From NCBI GenBank assembly GCA_043826355.1, contig JBDRQI010000011.1:32001-96000 (forward strand): a DNA stretch of 64,000 nucleotides. The letters are read 5' to 3'. Origin of the DNA: Candidatus Omnitrophota bacterium. GTDB lineage: Bacteria; Ratteibacteria; UBA8468; MWAK01. The translations under genes were made by a program, and so were the position numbers. This document shows positions 1-9,895 of the stretch, one piece after another. The notes under the pieces were generated by a model, which saw only the letters and a program-made list of their open reading frames with translations, was not told the DNA's origin and ran no database searches. Every line of letters starts with the position of its first letter. The stretch's first letter is position 1.

Positions 1-933
1 AAGTTCGCGAAAGGTAACCCTGGGTTTCCAACCCAGTTCTTTTCTGGCTTTTTTGGCATCGGCCAGCAGGAAATTAACCTCGGTCGGCCGCTGGTATCTG
101 GGGTCTATTCCCACGTACTTGCGCCAGTCAAGGTTTGCGTAACCGAAGGCCTCTTCCAGAAAATTTTTTACCGAGTGGCTTTCACCGGTGCCGATAACGT
201 AATCTCCGGGTCTATCCTGCTGCAGAATTTGCCACATTGATTCCACGTATTCCGGGGCGTAGCCCCAGTCCCTCTTTGCCTTTAAATTTCCCAGGAAGAG
301 TTTGTTCTGTTCTCCGGCCAGAATTTTAGCGATCGCCCTGGTTATTTTTCGGGTGACGAAGGTTTCGCCACGCCTCGGGCTTTCGTGATTGAAGAGAATG
401 CCGTTGGCGGCAAAAATCCGGTATGCTTCCCGGTAATTTATTGCCATCCAATAGGCGTATAGTTTGGCAACGCCGTATGGGCTGCAGGGTTGGAAACCCG
501 TTGCTTCGTTTTGCGGGGGCGGCGCCGCCCCGAACATCTCGCTGCTGCTGGCCTGATAAAACTTGGTCTTGATGCCGCTGCGCCGGATTGCATCCAGGAT
601 CCGGGTGGTTCCTAATGCAGTTATGTCTCCGGTATATTCCGGCAGGTCAAAACTCACCCTTACGTGACTCTGCGCACCCAGATGGTAAACCTCGTCGGGT
701 TTAATATTATATAATATTTCCGTAATCTGACCGGAGTCGGAGAGGTCTCCGTAATGGAGAAAAAGCCGGACCCCGCTTAAATGGGGGTCCGCGTACAGAT
801 GGTCGATGCGACCGGTGTTAAAGGTGCTGGCGCGGCGGATGAGGCCGTGGACCCGATAATTTTTGGATAATAAAAGTTCGGCCAGGTACGAACCGTCCTG
901 TCCGGTGATTCCGGTAATCAGCGCTTTTTTCAT
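1..933 (-). CDS. gmd: GDP-mannose 4,6-dehydratase (3' end beyond window start)
   Basis: Manual translation [22 protein letters not shown]...; [12 protein letters not shown] and [16 protein letters not shown] motifs. Confidence 0.95.
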   Translation of the reverse strand, partial: MKKALITGITGQDGSYLAELLLSKNYRVHGLIRRASTFNTGRIDHLYADPHLSGVRLFLHYGDLSDSGQITEILYNIKPDEVYHLGAQSHVRVSFDLPEYTGDITALGTTRILDAIRRSGIKTKFYQASSSEMFGAAPPPQNEATGFQPCSPYGVAKLYAYWMAINYREAYRIFAANGILFNHESPRRGETFVTRKITRAIAKILAGEQNKLFLGNLKAKRDWGYAPEYVESMWQILQQDRPGDYVIGTGESHSVKNFLEEAFGYANLDWRKYVGIDPRYQRPTEVNFLLADAKKARKELGWKPRVTFREL

Positions 934-969
934 AAACTATATTCTCCCCGCTAAAAAAACGCGCATGTT

Positions 970-1824
970 TCACAATCCCTGCCTGTTAGTCAAAAAACGT
1001 TTCAGGGCATCCTGCCAGTCCGGCATTTGGAAATTCAGGAAATTTTCCAGGACTGAATTTCTCAACACGGAATAAGCGGGGCGCGCCGCGGCCCTCTTGA
1101 GTTCTTTGAAGCTGATTGGTTGGACCGGGTTATCCTTTCCGGCTTCCTTTAAAATGGCGACTGCAAACCCAAACCGGGAAGTGCTGCCCCGATTGGCGAC
1201 GTGGTAAATTCCGTATTCGCCGTTTTTGATAATTTTAATTATACCCTGACATAAATCATTCGTCAAAGTAGGGGAACCGGTTTGGTCGTTAACAACCCGC
1301 AACTCTTTCCCTTTTTTTGCCTGGTCCAGAATAGCCGCCGGAAAATTATTGCCGTGTTTTCCGAAAAGCCAGGAAGTGCGGATGATGAAGAATTTACGGA
1401 GCAGGCCGCTGACGTAAAATTCCCCGGCTAGTTTGGAACGGCCGTAAACCTGAATCGGGTTAGCCGGGTCGTGTTCCCGGTAGGGCAATCTCTTTTTGCC
1501 GTCAAATACAAAATCAGTGGAAATATACACCAGGGGTATCTTCAAGTCGGCGCAGGCGGCAGCCACGTTAGCCGTTCCCTGGGTGTTAACCTCCAGGGCC
1601 TTTTCCGGCCATTTTTCGCAGCCATCTACATCAGTGTAGGCGGCGGTATGGATAATCAGGTCCGGCCGGATGGCGGTTATCGTTTTAACGGCATCGTTTT
1701 TTTGCGTAATCTTAAATTCCGGCAAGTCAAGGCCAACCGGGTTGAACGAAGGAGCGAGGGACGCCATCAGGTCAGTACCTAACATTCCCCGGTGTCCGGT
1801 TATCAGAATTTTTAGTTTTTTCAC
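970..1824 (-). CDS. rfbD: dTDP-4-dehydrorhamnose reductase
   Basis: GHRGMLG, AAYTDVDGCE, STDFVFDG, YGRSKLAGE motifs. Confidence 0.95.
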   Translation of the reverse strand: MKKLKILITGHRGMLGTDLMASLAPSFNPVGLDLPEFKITQKNDAVKTITAIRPDLIIHTAAYTDVDGCEKWPEKALEVNTQGTANVAAACADLKIPLVYISTDFVFDGKKRLPYREHDPANPIQVYGRSKLAGEFYVSGLLRKFFIIRTSWLFGKHGNNFPAAILDQAKKGKELRVVNDQTGSPTLTNDLCQGIIKIIKNGEYGIYHVANRGSTSRFGFAVAILKEAGKDNPVQPISFKELKRAAARPAYSVLRNSVLENFLNFQMPDWQDALKRFLTNRQGL

Positions 1825-1835
1825 AAATATTCCTG

Positions 1836-2771
1836 TTAGTTACGGTGGGTCCGGTACCAGTCGGTGGTGACTTTCAGCCCTTCTTGAAAATTAACGACGG
1901 GTTGCCAGCCGAGGGTCTTGATTCTATCCCGGTTGACCGCGTAACGCCAGTCATGGCCAGGCCGGTCCGGCACATTTTGAATCAGGGAGAGCGGCGCATC
2001 CAGCAAAGTGAGAATTGATTTTGCTACTTCTCTATTTGTTAAATTATTCCCGGACCCGATGTTATAGGCCAGTCCTTCTTTGCCCTGGCGTAAGACCAGG
2101 TCTATCGCCCGGCAATTATCTTCCACAAAGAGCCAATCACGCTGATTTTTGCCGTTGCCGTAAAGAGGCACCGGCTTACCGGAGAGAGCCAGGGAGATGA
2201 AGAGCGGAATCAACTTTTCCGGATACTGCCTGGGTCCGTAATTATTAGTACTGCGGGTAATCAGGACCGGCAGGTGATAGGTGGTGTGATAAGCAAGGCA
2301 CAGGAGGTCTGCCGCCGCCTTGCTGGCGGAATACGGGGATGAGGGCCGCAGGAACGCTTCTTCGTCGGCAGAACCTTGTGCGATACTACCGTAACATTCA
2401 TCGGTTGAAATTTGGACAAAGCGGGGAATTTTTAATTTTCGGCAGGCTTCCAGCATAACACCGACCCCGAGAAAATTTGTTTGTAAGAACGGTTCCGGTC
2501 CGTTAATGCTTCGGTCAACGTGGCTTTCGGCTGCAAAATTGACCACCGCGTCGCAGCCGTCCATAATTTCAGAGACCAGTTTTTTGTCGCAGATATCACC
2601 CCGGACAAACGAATAGTTGCGGCTGTCGGCTATTTCCGCAATATTGGCCGGGTTTCCGGCGTAGGTAAGTTTATCCAGGTTGACTATGGAATCGCCCGGG
2701 TGTTTTTGCAAGACGTGGATTATGAAATTAGAGCCGATAAAACCGCAACCGCCGGTAACCAGTATTTTCAT
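1836..2771 (-). CDS. rfbB: dTDP-glucose 4,6-dehydratase
   Basis: GGCGFIGSNF, DKLTYAGN, FAAESHVDRSI, PYSASKA. Confidence 0.95.
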   Translation of the reverse strand: MKILVTGGCGFIGSNFIIHVLQKHPGDSIVNLDKLTYAGNPANIAEIADSRNYSFVRGDICDKKLVSEIMDGCDAVVNFAAESHVDRSINGPEPFLQTNFLGVGVMLEACRKLKIPRFVQISTDECYGSIAQGSADEEAFLRPSSPYSASKAAADLLCLAYHTTYHLPVLITRSTNNYGPRQYPEKLIPLFISLALSGKPVPLYGNGKNQRDWLFVEDNCRAIDLVLRQGKEGLAYNIGSGNNLTNREVAKSILTLLDAPLSLIQNVPDRPGHDWRYAVNRDRIKTLGWQPVVNFQEGLKVTTDWYRTHRN

Positions 2772-3487
2772 CGTTTCTTTTTGGCAACCAGGATATTCGC
2801 CATAAGCAGGGATTCAAAGGTACCGGCATCGGTCCACCATCCCTTCAGAAAGTCGAAGGTCAGTTCTCCTTTGTTCAGGTACCAGTTGTTTACGTCGGTA
2901 ATCTCCATTTCGCCGCGTCCGGAAGGTTTCAGCTGGCTGATTATTTTAAAGACCTGTCGGTCGTAAAAATAGATGCCGGTGACCGCATAGTTACTTGGCG
3001 GTATTTTTGGTTTTTCAATGATTTTCACTATCTTCTCGTTGCGAATCCGGGCGCAGCCGAACCTTTCCGGATGCGGAACCTTTTTCAGGATAATCTTGGC
3101 GCCCCTTTTTTGTTTTTCGTAGGCAGCGACAAAGGGGCGGATGGAACTTTCGATGATGTTATCGCCGAGCATTACCGCCAGCTTTTCTTTGCCGGCAAAG
3201 TCCTCGGCTAGTTTCAGCGCGGCCGCGATTCCGCCTTCGCCTTCCTGGTAGGTATAGTGAATATGCTTCAAGCCGAATTCGGAACCGTTTCCCAGGAGCC
3301 GGAGAAATTCTCCGGCGTAAACGCCGCCGGTTACAATCAGTATTTCGGTTATACCCGCCTCAACCAGGGTCTGCAGAGGATAATAAACCATGGGTTTGTT
3401 GAATACCGGCAGGAGATGTTTGTTGGTGATTTTGGTTAAAGGAGCGAGGCGGCTTCCGGTTCCTCCGGCCAGGATTACGCCTTTCAT
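2768..3487 (-). CDS. rfbA: Glucose-1-phosphate thymidylyltransferase (short form)
   Basis: GVILAGGTGSRL.P.T...NKHLLPV, PSGRGEMEITD, WTDAGT. Confidence 0.9.
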   Translation of the reverse strand: MKGVILAGGTGSRLAPLTKITNKHLLPVFNKPMVYYPLQTLVEAGITEILIVTGGVYAGEFLRLLGNGSEFGLKHIHYTYQEGEGGIAAALKLAEDFAGKEKLAVMLGDNIIESSIRPFVAAYEKQKRGAKIILKKVPHPERFGCARIRNEKIVKIIEKPKIPPSNYAVTGIYFYDRQVFKIISQLKPSGRGEMEITDVNNWYLNKGELTFDFLKGWWTDAGTFESLLMANILVAKKKR

Positions 3488-3939
3488 CGTTCTTTGCGCT
3501 CCCAGGCGTAAGGAATTTTCCGGCTGTGCGGGTCAACCCGGAATTCATCGGGCTGCTTGTAGTGATAGGGTTTGTCGGGAACGTTGATAACCAGGGCTTC
3601 TTCCGGGCTGATGCACTTGAATCCGTGACAAACAAGGGGCGGTATCTGGATGAGGATAGGATTCTGTTCGCCGGCAAAGAATTCGTTGATTTCGCCTTTG
3701 GTGGTTGAAGACTTGCGGCTGTCGTAAAGCACAATCTTCATCATCCCCTTGACCACGGTCATATTGTCCGTTTGTTTCTTGTGGTAATGCCATCCTTTGA
3801 CTACACCCGGGTAGGCGGTGGTCAGATAAACTTGTCCGAAACCGGAAAATAACGAATCGTCCCGGCGCAAAATTTCCATCACCCGGCCCCGTTCGTCCGG
3901 CAAAACCTTAAGATTTTTTACCTTTACCCCATTTATCAT
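3484..3939 (-). CDS. rfbC: dTDP-4-dehydrorhamnose 3,5-epimerase family
   Basis: DERG, VKGWHYH cupin motif, first gene of the rml operon; start set at ATG 3939. Confidence 0.85.
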   Translation of the reverse strand: MINGVKVKNLKVLPDERGRVMEILRRDDSLFSGFGQVYLTTAYPGVVKGWHYHKKQTDNMTVVKGMMKIVLYDSRKSSTTKGEINEFFAGEQNPILIQIPPLVCHGFKCISPEEALVINVPDKPYHYKQPDEFRVDPHSRKIPYAWERKER

Positions 3940-3966
3940 AGATAGCGCTCGCAATTTTTTAAGTTC

Positions 3967-3996
3967 AGATTAGCATATTTTCGCGTCAGGTGTCAA
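3967..3996 (-). promoter_or_regulatory. sigma70-like promoter for rml operon
   Basis: TTGACA-N18-TAATCT with TG extended -10. Confidence 0.6.
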
Positions 3997-4026
3997 TCTG
4001 ATGATTTATGCTAAAATAGTAAGGCA

Positions 4027-4288
4027 ATGTTTATCGGGGATTTTTTCAAGAGGAGGGTTGGAGTCAGCCGGAACGTCTTTGCGCTTGGCGTTGTCAGTTT
4101 TTTTAAATGACATTGCCTCGGAGATGCTCTATCCGGTTGTACCGATCTTCCTGACGACCACCTTGAGCGCGCCGGTTGCCGGTTTTTTATGGACGTATGT
4201 CAGTCCACAGGCGCCTTTTATTTTTGGTAGTATCATGGCATTGACTGCCTGTTTTATTTTTGTGGCATGGGGGAGACGCAAATGCTGA
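4027..4288 (+). pseudogene. MFS transporter remnant (frameshift plus large internal deletion)
   Basis: ATG 4027 reads ...SRNVFALGVVSF, then a T7 run shifts into LNDIASEMLYPVVPIFL (MFS N-terminus) joined directly to VAGFLWTYVSPQAPF (MFS C-terminus). Confidence 0.75.
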
Positions 4289-4827
4289 ATAATGAAGAAC
4301 GGGATTTTTTGCTCAAACTGGCGCGAAATGCCATTAAGGTTTATCTGGAAACCGGCCAAACGGAAATTATACCTGCAACGGACCCGTTGCTGAAGGAGGG
4401 CCGGGGCGCTTTCGTGACTTTGCATAAGGGGGCAGAACTGCGCGGCTGTATCGGATTCCTGGAATCCGGGAAGCCATTATACGAAACCGTGTGTGAAATG
4501 GCAGTTGAAGCGGCGGTCAATGACCCCAGGTTTCCGCCGGTTTCCCTTCTTGAACTTGCCGGTCTTCGGATTGAGATTTCAGTTCTCACCAGGCCGGTTA
4601 AAGTTTTCGGACCGGAAGCGATTGTAATGAAGCGGGATGGGGTGATTGTACGCCGGGGAAACTGTCAGGGTGTATTCCTGCCCCAGGTGGCCGAAGAAAC
4701 CGGGTGGGATAAGGAAAAATTTCTATCGGTTCTTTGCGTTCATAAGGCAGGTTTGCCGGACGACGCCTGGAAAGAGAAGGATACGGAACTTTACACATTC
4801 CAAGTCGAGGTCTTTTCCGAAGAGTAG
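4282..4827 (+). CDS. amrA: AmmeMemoRadiSam system protein A (AMMECR1 family)
   Basis: GAFVTL, LRGCIG, DPRFPP, EISVL, GVFLPQVA motifs. Confidence 0.92.
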   Translation: MLNNEERDFLLKLARNAIKVYLETGQTEIIPATDPLLKEGRGAFVTLHKGAELRGCIGFLESGKPLYETVCEMAVEAAVNDPRFPPVSLLELAGLRIEISVLTRPVKVFGPEAIVMKRDGVIVRRGNCQGVFLPQVAEETGWDKEKFLSVLCVHKAGLPDDAWKEKDTELYTFQVEVFSEE

Positions 4828-4834
4828 AAAACGT

Positions 4835-4881
4835 CCCTCACCTTTGTCTTTTCCCCGGCGGGGAGAGGGGTGGGTGAGGGG
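4835..4881. repeat. Family D palindrome (CCCTCACC...TCCCC/GGGGAGAGG...GGTGAGGG) overlapping murG 3' end
   Basis: Imperfect hairpin similar to 39455 and 62050 copies; contains the murG stop. Confidence 0.8.
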
Positions 4882-5953
4882 AAAGGTCGGAAAGGATAAG
4901 GGCGACGATGCGTTTGGCCGGTTCCGGGTGGGAAAGCCGCCGGCCGGCTTCCGCCATCAGATTCAATTTCGGTCGATCACCGGCCAGCGCCTTGATTTCC
5001 CGGGCGAGTTTTTCACCGCTGAGTGATGACTCTTCCCGTAAGATCGCGGCACCGCGTTCCGCCAGGCAGTTTGCGTTCAGACGCTGGTGGTCTTCGGCGG
5101 CAAACGGGTATGGTATCAGGATTGAAGGCAGGCCGAAAAAATTCAGTTCCGCAATTGTCGTTGCGCCGGCCCGGCAGATAACCAGGTCTGCGGCCGAGTA
5201 GAGCAGCCCCATTTCCGAAAAGAAACTTTTTACATAATTCTGGAAATTTTTTCTTTTGTACGCGACAATCACCCCGGTAAGGTCATTGGCTCCGGTGAGA
5301 TGTATGAATTGAACTTCCCCGGGGGAAAGATAGTCAAGGCTTTCGCTGATTTTCAGATTGATGCGGTGGGCGCCCTGGCTTCCGCCCAGAACGAGAACCG
5401 TAAATTTTTGTTCGTTAATTTTAAGTTTTTGCCTCGCGGCGCCCTTTTCGTTTTTTTCCTCAAAAAGTCGCACGGGGTTTCCGAATTCCATTATTCTTTT
5501 TGTCCGGAGATAGCGGGAGCTTTCCGGAAATGAAGTAAAAACCGCGGAACTTACCCGGCTGAAAGTTCTGGTTACCTTGCCGGGCAGGAGATTTTGTTCG
5601 CAGAAATAGAGAGGTATGCGAAGGAGCGCGGCAATGGATGCCGGTGCGGCGCAGGCGTATCCGCCCATTCCGATTACCGCCGCCGGACGGAACCGCAATA
5701 AACAGGCGGCCGCCGAAAAAAAAGCCCGGCCGGCCTTAAAAGGAAAAAAAATAAACCCGGTTTTTTTTTCCGGCAGCCGGACAACGGATATCTCCCGGAA
5801 AGGTACGCCGGCTTTGTAAAATTCAACCCGGAGCATGGCGGTGGTTCTGCCGATTACCAGGATTGTAACGCCGGCAGATTTGAATTTTTGGGCGAGCGCC
5901 AGCGCTGGAAAAAGGTGTCCGCCGGTCCCGCCGGCCGCAATTATTATCCTCAT
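4838..5953 (-). CDS. murG: Lipid II GlcNAc transferase MurG
   Basis: GGTGGHLFP, GNPVR, GGSQGA, RAGATT, DHQRLNA. Confidence 0.96.
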   Translation of the reverse strand: MRIIIAAGGTGGHLFPALALAQKFKSAGVTILVIGRTTAMLRVEFYKAGVPFREISVVRLPEKKTGFIFFPFKAGRAFFSAAACLLRFRPAAVIGMGGYACAAPASIAALLRIPLYFCEQNLLPGKVTRTFSRVSSAVFTSFPESSRYLRTKRIMEFGNPVRLFEEKNEKGAARQKLKINEQKFTVLVLGGSQGAHRINLKISESLDYLSPGEVQFIHLTGANDLTGVIVAYKRKNFQNYVKSFFSEMGLLYSAADLVICRAGATTIAELNFFGLPSILIPYPFAAEDHQRLNANCLAERGAAILREESSLSGEKLAREIKALAGDRPKLNLMAEAGRRLSHPEPAKRIVALILSDLSPHPPLSPPGKRQR

Positions 5954-7071
5954 ATCCGGAAGTCCTCCGGCGGTAATCGGCGGGTGATATTGACCAGGAG
6001 ACCGGCCGCAAAGAGAGTGCAGAGCAGGGAACTTCCTCCGTAACTGATAAAAGGCAGAGTGGCTCCCTTGGTGGGCAGAAGGCCTATGACCACACCGACA
6101 TTGAGGATGATTTGTAATCCGATTAGACCGGTTATGCCTGCGGCCAGAATGGATTGAAAGCGGTCAGTGCTGCGTTTTGCCGTCTGGATGCCCCAATGGA
6201 TTAGAAAAAAGAAAAGCGCGATAAAGAACACGGAACCAAAGAGACCCAATTCTTCGGCGATGTTGGCAAAGATGAAATCGGTGTGTGCTTCCGGCAGGTA
6301 AAAAAGCTTCTGGCGTCCCTGGCCCAGGCCGACACCGAAAAGCCCGCCGTTCCCGACGCCGAGAAACGATTGGAGTATCTGGTAATCCCTTCCGGTCGGG
6401 TCGGTCCCGGGATGCAGAAAAGAAAGTATTCGTGTCCAGCGGTACGGTTCTTTCCAGATAGCCAGGCCGGCCCCAACCATTAGTGTTAGTGCCATAATAC
6501 CTAAATATTTCAGCGGCGCACCGGCTATAAAGTAGAGCAGAATTACAACTCCGGCTATGATCACTACGGTTCCGAGGTCCTGTCCCAGGTAGATTAAAAC
6601 CATCATCAGCCCGATTAACAGACCGGGCGGCATAAACGAGAGAAGGGGGTTTTGGATTTTACTGTTTTTCCGGTCCAGGAAATCGGCAAGATAGATTAAA
6701 ATCGCAATTTTGGCGAATTCCGAGGGCTGAAAAGAGAACTGTCCGATTCCCAACCATCGCCTGGCTCCGTTAATTTCTTTACCGAAAATTAAGACTGCGG
6801 CCAGGAGAATCAAGGCGGCCAATAGTATTGAACGGGAAAAGCGGCGCAGGTTTTCCATCGGAATTCTTTGCGCAAAGAGAAAGGCGATAAAACCGAGCGC
6901 CGCAAAGAGAATTTCCTTTTTCAGAAAGTAGTAGGGGCTGCCGTGTTTTAAGGCGAAAGTTGTATTGGCCACTACTACCACGCCCAGACCGGTCAGCGCA
7001 AGGACAAGAGCGGTCAGTTTACGATAGAGTGGCCAGGACGGCTTTCTTAAAAATATCTCCCCGTTCGCCAT
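5950..7071 (-). CDS. ftsW: Cell division SEDS protein FtsW
   Basis: GARRW, FQPSEFAK, LPEAHTDFIF, LPFISYGGSSL; between murD and murG; start uncertain. Confidence 0.92.
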   Translation of the reverse strand: MANGEIFLRKPSWPLYRKLTALVLALTGLGVVVVANTTFALKHGSPYYFLKKEILFAALGFIAFLFAQRIPMENLRRFSRSILLAALILLAAVLIFGKEINGARRWLGIGQFSFQPSEFAKIAILIYLADFLDRKNSKIQNPLLSFMPPGLLIGLMMVLIYLGQDLGTVVIIAGVVILLYFIAGAPLKYLGIMALTLMVGAGLAIWKEPYRWTRILSFLHPGTDPTGRDYQILQSFLGVGNGGLFGVGLGQGRQKLFYLPEAHTDFIFANIAEELGLFGSVFFIALFFFLIHWGIQTAKRSTDRFQSILAAGITGLIGLQIILNVGVVIGLLPTKGATLPFISYGGSSLLCTLFAAGLLVNITRRLPPEDFRI

Positions 7072-8371
7072 AACTTTTAAACATATCAAAACTGGAGCAG
7101 GCCGGTGACAGAAGGACAATGTCACCCGCCGCGGCCAGCGAGTTAGCCGCCCGGACGCATTCCGGCAGGGTTTTCATTTTTTTGATCAAGCATAATCCGT
7201 GCAGTTCCGTTGCGATACGGTCGGTTGCTTCACCGAACAGAATCAGTGCTTTTACTTTCTTTCTTATCTCCGGTTTCAAGGGGAGGTAGGAACCCCCTTT
7301 GTCTTTGCCGCCCAGAATGATGATGAGGCGTTTTTCTTCTTCGGGGAAAGCCTGTAATGCCCGCCGGGTTGAGTCAACGTTGGTGGCTTTGGAGTCGTCA
7401 ATATATTTTACACCATTATTCTCTGCAATCAGTTCCAGCCGGTGGCCCAGGGGCCGGAAATTCCTGATGCCTTTTGCCATTGAGTTTGGTCCGGCTCCAA
7501 AAAGATGGGCCGCTGCGCAAACCGCAAGCATATTTTCATGGTTGTGTCCGCCCCACAGCCGGCTTTCCGGGAATTCCAGGAGCGGTTTGCCGTCCGGCCG
7601 GAAAATAGTCTTCCCGTCCGTAAAAAACTTTCTGTCCGGGTCCCGGCGGCTGTAGTAGTAAACCCGCGCTCTTATTTTCCGGGCTATTTTTCGGCAAATC
7701 GGGTCGTCATAATTTATAACCGCAGTATCTTCCGGGCCCTGGTTTTCAAACAGGCGTGCTTTGGCGGCAAAGTAAGATTCGAAATTCGGGTAACGGTCCA
7801 GGTGGTCTGCGGTAACGTTAAGAAGAATTGCAATCTTCGGTCGGAATTTTTCAATCCATTCCAATTGGAAACTGCTTACTTCCAGTACGACCGCATCTTT
7901 TTGGGTCAGTTTTTCCACGATTGAAATAAACGGAGTTCCGATATTGCCGGCCAGAGAAACTTTTTTACCCGCGGCTTTCAGAATGTCAAAAAGGAGAGTG
8001 ACCGCGGTGCTTTTGCCGTTGGTGCCGGTAACAGTCAGGATTGGAACCGGACAGAAACGATAAGCCAATTCCATTTCGCTCCAGACCGGCACCTTGTTTT
8101 TTAACGCAGACTGCAAGGGCAGGGTTTCCGGCGCTACGCCCGGGCTGGTTACCACCAGGTCAACGGAGGAAATGAATTTCCCGGAGTGACGACCCAACTC
8201 TACTTCAATGCCGTATGCTTCCAAAATCTTTTTCTTTTCTTTCAGTTCCGGACCATCAGCCGCTTCGGTCAGCCGTACCAGCGCGCCTTTTTTCTGCAGG
8301 AAGAGGGCGCTGGTCTCTCCGCTCCTGCCCAGGCCTACCACCAGAACCTTTTTTCCAGTAAGGTTAATCAT
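7019..8371 (-). CDS. murD: UDP-MurNAc-L-Ala:D-Glu ligase
   Basis: VTGTNGKST, LEVSSFQL, DHLDRY, DDSKATN, LSPACSSFDMF. Confidence 0.96.
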   Translation of the reverse strand: MINLTGKKVLVVGLGRSGETSALFLQKKGALVRLTEAADGPELKEKKKILEAYGIEVELGRHSGKFISSVDLVVTSPGVAPETLPLQSALKNKVPVWSEMELAYRFCPVPILTVTGTNGKSTAVTLLFDILKAAGKKVSLAGNIGTPFISIVEKLTQKDAVVLEVSSFQLEWIEKFRPKIAILLNVTADHLDRYPNFESYFAAKARLFENQGPEDTAVINYDDPICRKIARKIRARVYYYSRRDPDRKFFTDGKTIFRPDGKPLLEFPESRLWGGHNHENMLAVCAAAHLFGAGPNSMAKGIRNFRPLGHRLELIAENNGVKYIDDSKATNVDSTRRALQAFPEEEKRLIIILGGKDKGGSYLPLKPEIRKKVKALILFGEATDRIATELHGLCLIKKMKTLPECVRAANSLAAAGDIVLLSPACSSFDMFKSYGERGDIFKKAVLATLS

Positions 8372-8376
8372 ATGGA

Positions 8377-8444
8377 TGTCATTCTGAGTGAAACGAAGAA
8401 TCCCTTTTTTAACTACCAGACCCTTCGCGCCGCTTAGGGTGACA
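8377..8444. repeat. Family A palindromic element (TGTCATYCTGAG..GAAGRATC / ..CTTCG..CTYAGRRTGACA)
   Basis: Inverted pair of sub-hairpins; many homologous copies in window. Confidence 0.8.
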
Positions 8445-8454
8445 GATTTTTTGT

Positions 8455-9873
8455 TTAGAATTTGTATTCGGCGGTATAGGTAATAGTGCTCTCGCCGTCT
8501 TTTTCCACCGGTAGATTAAATTCCAGGGTAAAGGCGTCTTTCTTTTCATATTTGTGGCTGGATTGAATAATGTTCCAGTCCCCCCACTGGTGCTCCACCA
8601 CTTTGACGGCAATCGGCTCTTTTTTGTGGTTCCGCAGGGTGATTTCGTAGGTGTCCCAATAGAGGTTGGCGGTGACCATTTTGTGGTTTGTGATTTTTCG
8701 TTCTCCGACGACATCAAAGGCGTTGCCCAGGAAAAGTGATATTTTTTCGTCCTTGGGGGTGTGGTCAATCTGGTCTTCGCCGATAAACTGAAGGGTGTCG
8801 TCGGAATCCGCTTTGTAAACCTTTATTTTCCCCTTGGGCAGCGGGATGCCCAGTCCGTTCTTTTCGCTGTTCTTAAAGTCCAGTTTCACTTCTACCTTTT
8901 TGTTGTAAGGCTGGTCTTTCCAGCTGTCATAATAATACCAGCGGTAGAGGGCGCCGTCATAGGTATAAATTTTCTCCACCGGAACCCTTGGCGCGGCAAA
9001 GAGCGCAATCTGCTTGGTCTGGTTGTTTTTCAGGTCGGTCTTTCGCTGCAGGGTGTAAAGGTGGTATTCAAAGAATGATTTTTCTTCAAACTGGGCTGCG
9101 GCTGCCATGGATTTTTCCGCACGCAGTATAACGTCTCTCTGAACGGCAGGTTGCTCGGTTACCCGGTGCACATCTCCGGCGATCAGTTTCAAGCCGGCGT
9201 TTTCGTACCCGGCGCCGGAGTTGTTGTTGATTGTCACCCAGGCGTTCAGGGAAATATTTTTATCGTCTTTGGCAACGCTGGCAACGTAATCCGCGCGCCA
9301 GGTCATTCCGTTGGTCAGGTAACCCAACTCCACCAGGTGCCGGCCGCTCTTGGCGTTGGCCAGGGACCAGACCAGGGTCGGCTTGGTAATCAGTCCCTCC
9401 GGCAGCTGGGGAAACTCAAGGTTTCTGATATTTTCCCGGTTGACCATGAAGACCGGTCCCTTCTCTTTATCTTTTACCAGAACCAGCTGGTTGGAGTCGT
9501 AGCTGGACAGGAAGCCCTGGTAAAAGCTGCTGTCCTGGGTAAGAATCTTTATCTCATTATCGATATATTTTCGGAGCAGTTTATCCGCGTTAACCAGGTC
9601 ATATTCAAAGTTCTGTTCCAGGATGGAGCATTCGGCCGGAGCGGTCAGGGACTTAAAGTGGACGCTGGTAGCGTCAATCTGGGAGGCGATATCGGAAAAC
9701 CGCACCTGGTTCATGCCTTCCTTCAGGTTTAGAAACCGGAGGTCGCGCACCAGCGCAAAGTTCTGGTTGTAGATGGTGAGACCGACCTCTTTTCTTTCCA
9801 TCTCCTGTCCGAAAGCAACGCTGCTGTCGAACAACACAAAACAGATTCCCAAAACCAACATTATCCTTTTCAT
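8455..9873 (-). CDS. DUF4139-like secreted protein
   Basis: Signal peptide; LTIYNQNFALVRD, EQNFEYDL, W.ADY, IDHTPKDE motifs; AGGAGG RBS before ATG 9873. Confidence 0.8.
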   Translation of the reverse strand: MKRIMLVLGICFVLFDSSVAFGQEMERKEVGLTIYNQNFALVRDLRFLNLKEGMNQVRFSDIASQIDATSVHFKSLTAPAECSILEQNFEYDLVNADKLLRKYIDNEIKILTQDSSFYQGFLSSYDSNQLVLVKDKEKGPVFMVNRENIRNLEFPQLPEGLITKPTLVWSLANAKSGRHLVELGYLTNGMTWRADYVASVAKDDKNISLNAWVTINNNSGAGYENAGLKLIAGDVHRVTEQPAVQRDVILRAEKSMAAAAQFEEKSFFEYHLYTLQRKTDLKNNQTKQIALFAAPRVPVEKIYTYDGALYRWYYYDSWKDQPYNKKVEVKLDFKNSEKNGLGIPLPKGKIKVYKADSDDTLQFIGEDQIDHTPKDEKISLFLGNAFDVVGERKITNHKMVTANLYWDTYEITLRNHKKEPIAVKVVEHQWGDWNIIQSSHKYEKKDAFTLEFNLPVEKDGESTITYTAEYKF

Positions 9874-9895
9874 CTTTGCCTCCTGGAACCGTGTG

